A stretch of DNA of 63,590 nucleotides, counting the filler, from Octopus bimaculoides (Eukaryota), in assembly GCF_001194135.2 (NCBI RefSeq). It is 5 parts of 4 records of this genome, joined end to end, with 100 filler letters (N's around TTAATTAATTAA, not from the genome) between each part and the next. Parts side by side here need not be neighbours in the genome. Positions count along the whole stretch, not along the records: positions 48,319 to 58,587 come from NC_068988.1; positions 58,688 to 63,590 come from NC_068984.1; 3 more parts are not named here. One strand, given 5' to 3'. Positions 57,355 to 63,590 of this stretch are shown one piece after another. Made by a program: the position numbers and the translations under genes. The notes below the pieces were generated by a model, which saw only the letters and a list, made by a program, of their open reading frames with translations, was not told where the DNA came from and did no database searches. Position 1 is the stretch's first letter, and each line of letters begins with the position of its first letter.

Positions 57355-57403
57355 AATGATAACAATGATGGTAATAATAATAATAATGATAATAATGGTG
57401 ATA

Positions 57404-57449
<46 letters not shown>

Positions 57450-58170
57450 NNNNNNNNNNNNNNNNNNNNNNNNNNNNNNNNNNNNNNNNNNNNNNNNNNN
57501 NNNNNNNNNNNNNNNNNNNNNNNNNNNNNNNNNNNNNNNNNNNNNNNNNNNNNNNNNNNNNNNNNNNNNNNNNNNNNNNNNNNNNNNNNNNNNNNNNNNN
57601 NNNNNNNNNNNNNNNNNNNNNNNNNNNNNNNNNNNNNNNNNNNNNNNNNNNNNNNNNNNNNNNNNNNNNNNNNNNNNNNNNNNNNNNNNNNNNNNNNNNN
57701 NNNNNNNNNNNNNNNNNNNNNNNNNNNNNNNNNNNNNNNNNNNNNNNNNNNNNNNNNNNNNNNNNNNNNNNNNNNNNNNNNNNNNNNNNNNNNNNNNNNN
57801 NNNNNNNNNNNNNNNNNNNNNNNNNNNNNNNNNNNNNNNNNNNNNNNNNNNNNNNNNNNNNNNNNNNNNNNNNNNNNNNNNNNNNNNNNNNNNNNNNNNN
57901 NNNNNNNNNNNNNNNNNNNNNNNNNNNNNNNNNNNNNNNNNNNNNNNNNNNNNNNNNNNNNNNNNNNNNNNNNNNNNNNNNNNNNNNNNNNNNNNNNNNN
58001 NNNNNNNNNNNNNNNNNNNNNNNNNNNNNNNNNNNNNNNNNNNNNNNNNNNNATTTATGTAATAATGAATTTAAAGAGATATTATTTCATAAGGATAATT
58101 ATTTACTTAATTCTTTTGATGAACGAAAAATAAAATGTAGACATAAACTACTTTATTTATATAAAAACTT
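57100..58170 (+). mobile_element. Penelope-like (GIY-YIG type) relic split by (AAT)n and a gap
   Basis: HYGKIINTHIIRFGF/NTRNIAQIIAAHNLKIL (cf. HKIFNR..KISYS..PNI..II..HN.KIL) before the gap, and LCNNEFKEILFHKDNYLLNSFDERKIKCRHK (cf. LC..EK..I..LLN.RSE..KCRH) after it. Confidence 0.6.
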
Positions 58171-58587
58171 TAGCTAATGATTTTTATTTTATTTTGTTTA
58201 TATGGGTATGTGTATATACATGTATATGTATATATATGAGTGTGAGTGTTTTAGTCTATATGCGTTAGTATGTATGTATATTTTTAGGTGTATGTATATA
58301 TGTTTACGTATGTATTTATATAGATTTAAGTGTATATATATGTGTTGTTTTTTTTATATATGTTTGTGTATATTGAGTGTATATTTGTATTTACATGTAT
58401 GTATAAAGATATATATTTGTGAGTATAGATGTATATTTATATATATTGTGCGTGTGAGTGAGTGCGTGAGTGTAGTTTTGTTTTAGAATATACCTTATTT
58501 AGATATTTATTTGAGTGAATTTTTATTTGTGTGTATATTTTGTATATTTTTTTAATATATATAGTTATGAGTATTTTTGTGTATATG

Positions 58588-58687
58588 NNNNNNNNNNNNN
58601 NNNNNNNNNNNNNNNNNNNNNNNNNNNNNNNTTAATTAATTAANNNNNNNNNNNNNNNNNNNNNNNNNNNNNNNNNNNNNNNNNNNN
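58588..58687. other. Artificial scaffold-joining spacer
   Basis: 44 N + TTAATTAATTAA (58632-58643) + 44 N. Confidence 0.95.
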
Positions 58688-59290
58688 TAAGAGAATTTGA
58701 CATCGCTGCCCTAAACTGTGTCTCATTTCGAGCCATTGGTTCGTCTGGTATCGTGGAGAGGAATGCGTCGAGTTTTGTTTTGAAGACCTCTATATCCATG
58801 TCTTGCAGGTCTCTCAAATGTTTTGGCAGGGCATTAGAGAGCTGAAGGCCTCTGAAACCGAGGCTGTTGCAGTACCTTGTTCTTATGTGAGATGCAGTGG
58901 ACAGTACCCTTGGTACCATGCAGTGGCAACCTGTGCGGGCATTCGTGTAGTACTTGATGCCAAAGTTTGGTACCAGTCCTTCCAGTATCTTCCATATGTA
59001 TATTATTACATATCTCTCCCACCTGCGCTCCAGGGAGTAGAGACCTAGTGCCTTCAGTCGCTCCCTGTAGTTCATCTGTTGGACTGTGCGATCTTTTTTG
59101 TATAATGACGCTGAATTGCCTCGAGTTCTGCTGTCAAGTTCCAAGTATCAAGGTGTATGAAGCTAGTAAGCTTCGAGCAGGCCTTAGAGGATATAAAAAA
59201 ACAACTTTCAGGAACAATGATAGTTTTGGGATGAAGAAGATTGTCGTCAAAGGATCCCGAGTTAACTCGCAGGAGATGTGATTTAAAATG
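58688..59290 (-). mobile_element. CR1-group LINE, C-terminal ORF2 fragment
   Basis: ELEAIQRHYTKK/MNYRERLKALGLYSLERRWERYVIIYIWKILEGLVPN...RGLQLSNALPKHLR...FKTKLDAFLSTIPDEP. Confidence 0.92.
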
Positions 59291-59598
59291 AGTGGTAAAG
59301 CCGTAAAAATCAAAATACAAAAACATATGTATGAAGAAATAGAATATGGAAGTGGGCAATTGTCTAAAATTAAGATTAAGGAAAAGGAGAGGGAAAAGGG
59401 GGAATTCTAGTTAGATTGAAGCCGACTAGGGGTAAGCCACGAATGTAAGCTGGGGGTCATTTATATGAATGTGAATGTAAGCTTGTGTCATAATATATAT
59501 ATATATATATATAAATTGTGGGCTCCTTGGTTTAGTCTATCTGATCAGGTTGCAAAGATAGGCAAGAAATCTATTTATCTATCTATCGATCTAGATAT

Positions 59599-60032
59599 AA
59601 TCTTTTCTACTCTAGGCACAAGGCCCGTAATTTTTGGGGAGGATGCCTGTCGATTTGATGGAACCCGGTACGAAACTGATACTTAATTTATCGACCCCGA
59701 AGGGATGAAAGGCAAAGTCGATCTCGACGGAATTCGAACTTAGAACGTAAAGACAGACGAAATACCGCTAAGCATTTCGCCTGGCGTGCTAACGTTTCTT
59801 ATTTCTTTATTGTCCACAAGGGGCTAAACATAGAGGGGACAAGCAAGGATAGACAAACGGATTAAGTCGATTACATCGACCCCAGTGCGTAACTGGTACT
59901 TAATTTATCGACCCCGAAAGGATAAAAGGCAAAGTCGACCTAGGCGGAATTTGAACTCAAAACGTAAAGACAGACGAAATACCACTAGGTATTTCGCCCG
60001 GCGTGCTAACGTTTCTACCAGCTCACCGCCTT
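59599..60032 (-). mobile_element. Fused dimer of SINE family B (60032-59797 joined to a head-truncated copy 59795-59599)
   Basis: Tail ...CCCCTTGTGGACAATAAAGAAATAAGAAAC runs directly into GTTAGCACGCCAGGCG of the second unit, which ends in the alternative tail GGGCCTTGTGCCTAGAGTAGAAAAGA. Confidence 0.92.
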
Positions 60033-61549
60033 TTAACATATGTAATATAGACAAACATATGTAATCGCTTAATCTGTCATTGCAACCTGATGAGATGGAC
60101 TCGTCCTACGCGCCCGCGATTTAATGTCAATTGGAGCTGAGTCAAAATATTAAATTTATACATACATAGGTACACACACACACATATATAAAGAGAGAGG
60201 GAGAGAGAGAGAGAAAGAGAGAGAGACATACGCACACAGACACACATACACATACACACGCCTCCCACATATTTATATGTCTATGTGTGTTAGTCTGTGT
60301 ATGTCTATCGGTATTAAATTACATGTTCAATTATGAATTATAGATTAATTTTAAAAATCACAGCTGTTAAATTGATGCAAATTTAAAAGGACAACGATTG
60401 GTCACCAAATTTGATTTTGTCAGTCTCCAATGGTTTGAAAGATTCAGCTGGAAATAGAAAGTGGTCTAAGAGATTGAAGAGGAAGAGTACTGTTGCAACG
60501 TTATCAATAAATGACAATCTTCAGGGAAATCAATAGAAAGATATTGCAGAGGTTATTAAGGTTAATTGAAAACAGAAAATTAAATTTTTTTTTAACATCA
60601 GTTCGATGACTCTCCACAATACTTGAAACTAATAAAATAGAAAAATAGAATAAAAATAAAATAAAAGAAGTGTAGTAACTCCATGGATATCTCATTGCAA
60701 AAATAGAAAAAGAAGATAAGAAGTATTCATTTAGTTATGTGATTTTGTGTAATTTTTTTTTGTTATTCAGACGGGTTAATTAGAACGACTTCACCCAATG
60801 TGTTCTCCTATATTTCAAAACAATAGGCGTACTTGCTTATTATTTCTAACAAAGACTGACAGAGGTGCCTGAGATGATTTTGTTATTACCGCTTTTGTTG
60901 TTAATACTGTTGTTTAACCCTAAGTCAGCTCTTATTGAGTAGATCTATGATCAAAAACGTTCAATCCTCAGCCATCCTATCTTTTGTTTTCACTTGATAC
61001 ATTAACTTAGGCCAAATTATCCTTTATCCATTTTGTCTTTCATTTTAAAGAAACTAAGTGAGTTATTAACTGCTTTTTCTAGTCGCATAAGAGTGACTTC
61101 TTTGAGAGAGAGTTGCCTCCAAAATCAGACGCTTGTTATGAAAGTGATAATTACAATGCCGACAATGATTACAACTCATAGAAAACTATAGGAGGTCCAA
61201 TAGCAAACATCGAAAAAGTCATGAAAATTAAAGCAAGAAGTATTCTAATAAGAAATCTGATATAATATGTCAAAGTTCCTGACCAATGACAATTCAATTT
61301 CGAGCGCAATATTATTCAATTAAATAGGAATACTTTTATTAATTCTTGGAATAAAATGTAGAGCACAACATTCATGCAATTTTACGTTCTATTTCAATAT
61401 GTTTTTATATTTAGGGACGTTTATAGAAGCTTGCACTCATAGACACAAAAATAGAGCCAAGAGCTTTTACTGAGAGACAAACAGAACAGAAAATTGCTCA
61501 AAGATATAATACACTGTAAGGAAATATGTGTGCATGCGTGATACATACT

Positions 61550-61832
61550 TAGGGGTTAGGATGTTACACCCACGATTGCGAGGTCCTGGGTTCGTTTCCC
61601 AGACCGGGTGCGGCGTTGTTTTCTTGAGCATAGCACTTCATTTCACGTTGCTCTGCGATCATTTCGTAATCTGACATGTGACACATGGTGCATCTGCACA
61701 AATAATGTCGATTTGATGGAGGGAGTGACCTTATATGTACACAAACATTTGATCACTATAAACAAATCATATGTGTGGTTGTTCGACAAGAAATTGCCGA
61801 ACCCTCAAACGTTGTCTAATGAAGGAAGAGTA
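61550..61832 (+). mobile_element. SINE family C-related copy
   Basis: TTAGGGGTTAGGATGTT..AC.CACGATTGCGAGGTCCTGGGTTCGTTTCCCAGACCGGG head, then TTCTTGAGCA.AGCACTTCATTTCACGTTGCTC. Confidence 0.7.
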
Positions 61833-61842
61833 CATGATTTAT

Positions 61843-61877
<35 letters not shown>

Positions 61878-61989
61878 TTTATGTATATATATTAATATTA
61901 TCTCAGTTTAAGAAAGCCTTGACAATGTAAATATGTTAGTAGTTACCATGGGTAGCAAAAATTACACAAAAAAAAACAGGATATCACAC

Positions 61990-63500
61990 CCGTTTTATAG
62001 GTAGAGATACCAAGTTAAAGTGATGCATTTTGAGTAGATATGAATAATAACAATAAATGGAGCAAAAACGCATATAAATAAAAGTTCCTTTAATCCCTAC
62101 ATATGTTTCAAAATATATGTGTACCCTACTCCAAAGAAGTAAGACCTGCTGGAATTCCACATATATTCATCGTTAGGGAACCAACATATAGAAGCAAGCC
62201 AAATGCAAAACGATGACGTAACTTACGAATTATAATATTACATAGCCAAGTAAGTGACCGTTAGAAGTAAGAACGCTTGTTTACATAGAGTTATAAAGGG
62301 AGGGGATGTAAACGCTACACTAAAGGTTTAAATTAAATGATTAAAATGGGGGGGGGGGCAAACTAGATCACAGTAAAGTAAGCTAAAGTCGTAAGCTAAA
62401 TGCTAATTCAAAAGTGGAGGAAGGGAGAGAATCAAGAGAGTTCATCTAATATAAAGAAATTTTCTCCTTAAGGAAAAAACTAATTTTTGTTGTTTATATT
62501 TTGGGGAGGTATTAATAGTTAGAATTTATTCATGCATGTGTTGTTTTGTAATTAGGTGTGTATTTTTAAGTGCCAATGTATTCACAAAACAATGTACTTC
62601 GTTCGTTGTGGGTTTTATTTGATATTAATGAGATATTTAACTTTTAGTTTGAAACTGAGAAGTTTCAATCTTAGAGTTCAGTCCGGCGTTTTGGCCTTTG
62701 TATTCAGGTGTGTTACATATTATGCCAGCTTTTAAGGGATTGATATTTAAGGGTTCACAAAAGAATGTAAGTATGTGGTAAGGATTAGTTAGTTGTCAGA
62801 TTAGTATTATTTATGTTTTTTAACGTGTTTATATTGGGAGGGTGTTAATTATTACTTAAGCATGTCACTGTGATATTAGTGTGGGAAATTTGTTGATTAA
62901 ATGTTTTAGTGTTCACGAGAGTATGTAGCTAAGTCCCAAACTTTAAATGTTGTTGGTCAGCATATTTGTCTCTAGGAATTATTGTTGTGGAAAATATTTG
63001 GTTGCTATTATTAAGTTTCAATGCATATATTTAAAGAGGTGAACGTTGTAGGATGTTCCTTTTTTTAATAAATATTTCTGATGTTTAGTTTCAAGCATGG
63101 GTACATTTTATTCTATGTTATTTGTACTTATTAAAATAAGCAAAAGCTGAGCATTACGAAAAACGCGTAAGATATTCTAAGCCAGATTATTCTTCTAACG
63201 TCCTTTCATAAATGTATGTGTGAGCTTTTGTTGAGTTGGGAACTTATAGCTAATGTCTGCATGACTTATTCAGTGTCGAGTTGTAACATCAAATTTTATG
63301 CGTATTCTTATGAAAATAGAAAACGGAGGAGGTACTTATAGGAAAAGGAAGGTGTTGCGGTATTTTCATATTTAGCCGTTAGACGAGACGACTGGTTTCA
63401 ACATTTGTGTTTCAAAGTGTTTCTGTTTACATAAGCAGATTAATTCGGAGTTTCAGTTCAGAGTTTAGTTCTTGGATGTAAGAATGTGGTAGGATTCGTT
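61990..63500 (-). mobile_element. Very old Penelope-like relic
   Basis: Scattered minus-strand motifs in roughly the expected order (PPFS, PNINT, EYI/HLK, LKEK) and a TTTGAAACATATGTAG end motif. Heavily mutated. Confidence 0.4.
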
Positions 63501-63590
63501 GGTACAGTCCGATGCCGGCTTAATTAGCTAGCTATGTGTTTGTTTGTGTTTGTGTATATATGCATATATATATATATATATATATATATA

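Noticed and set aside
58190-58587. C-depleted stretch resembling bisulfite-converted or hypermutated DNA
   Set aside because: Non-CpG cytosines persist, and a decayed TG/TA microsatellite explains the composition.

Overview
Animal nuclear DNA, AT-rich and saturated with microsatellites, tRNA-derived SINEs and decayed transposons. The repeat families look octopus-like, so the cephalopod assignment is an inference from repeat style. The window is not one continuous locus: four identical 100-bp spacers (44 N + TTAATTAATTAA + 44 N) join five blocks (1-21339, 21440-40749, 40850-48218, 48319-58587, 58688-63590), and about a dozen ordinary N gaps lie mostly in simple repeats. No host gene can be called with confidence, and most ORF-track entries are artefacts of N runs or microsatellites. 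Well-supported content: a near full-length but dead RTE LINE (about 2046-5558, minus); three co-oriented R4/Dong-like RLE retrotransposon relics (about 7560-12425, minus); an internally deleted mariner; a second RTE-like fragment; a CR1-group 3' fragment; Penelope-like relics; two non-autonomous Helitrons; two MITEs; and more than 25 SINE copies in three families (labelled A, B and C here). Best leads: a non-repetitive 61-aa ORF with a signal-peptide-like start and six cysteines in EGF-like spacing (18445-18630), an inverted-plus-direct patchwork rearrangement (22280-23071), a second signal-peptide-like exon candidate (25577-25697), and an inverted SINE pair that could form dsRNA. I found no clear multi-gene novel system.
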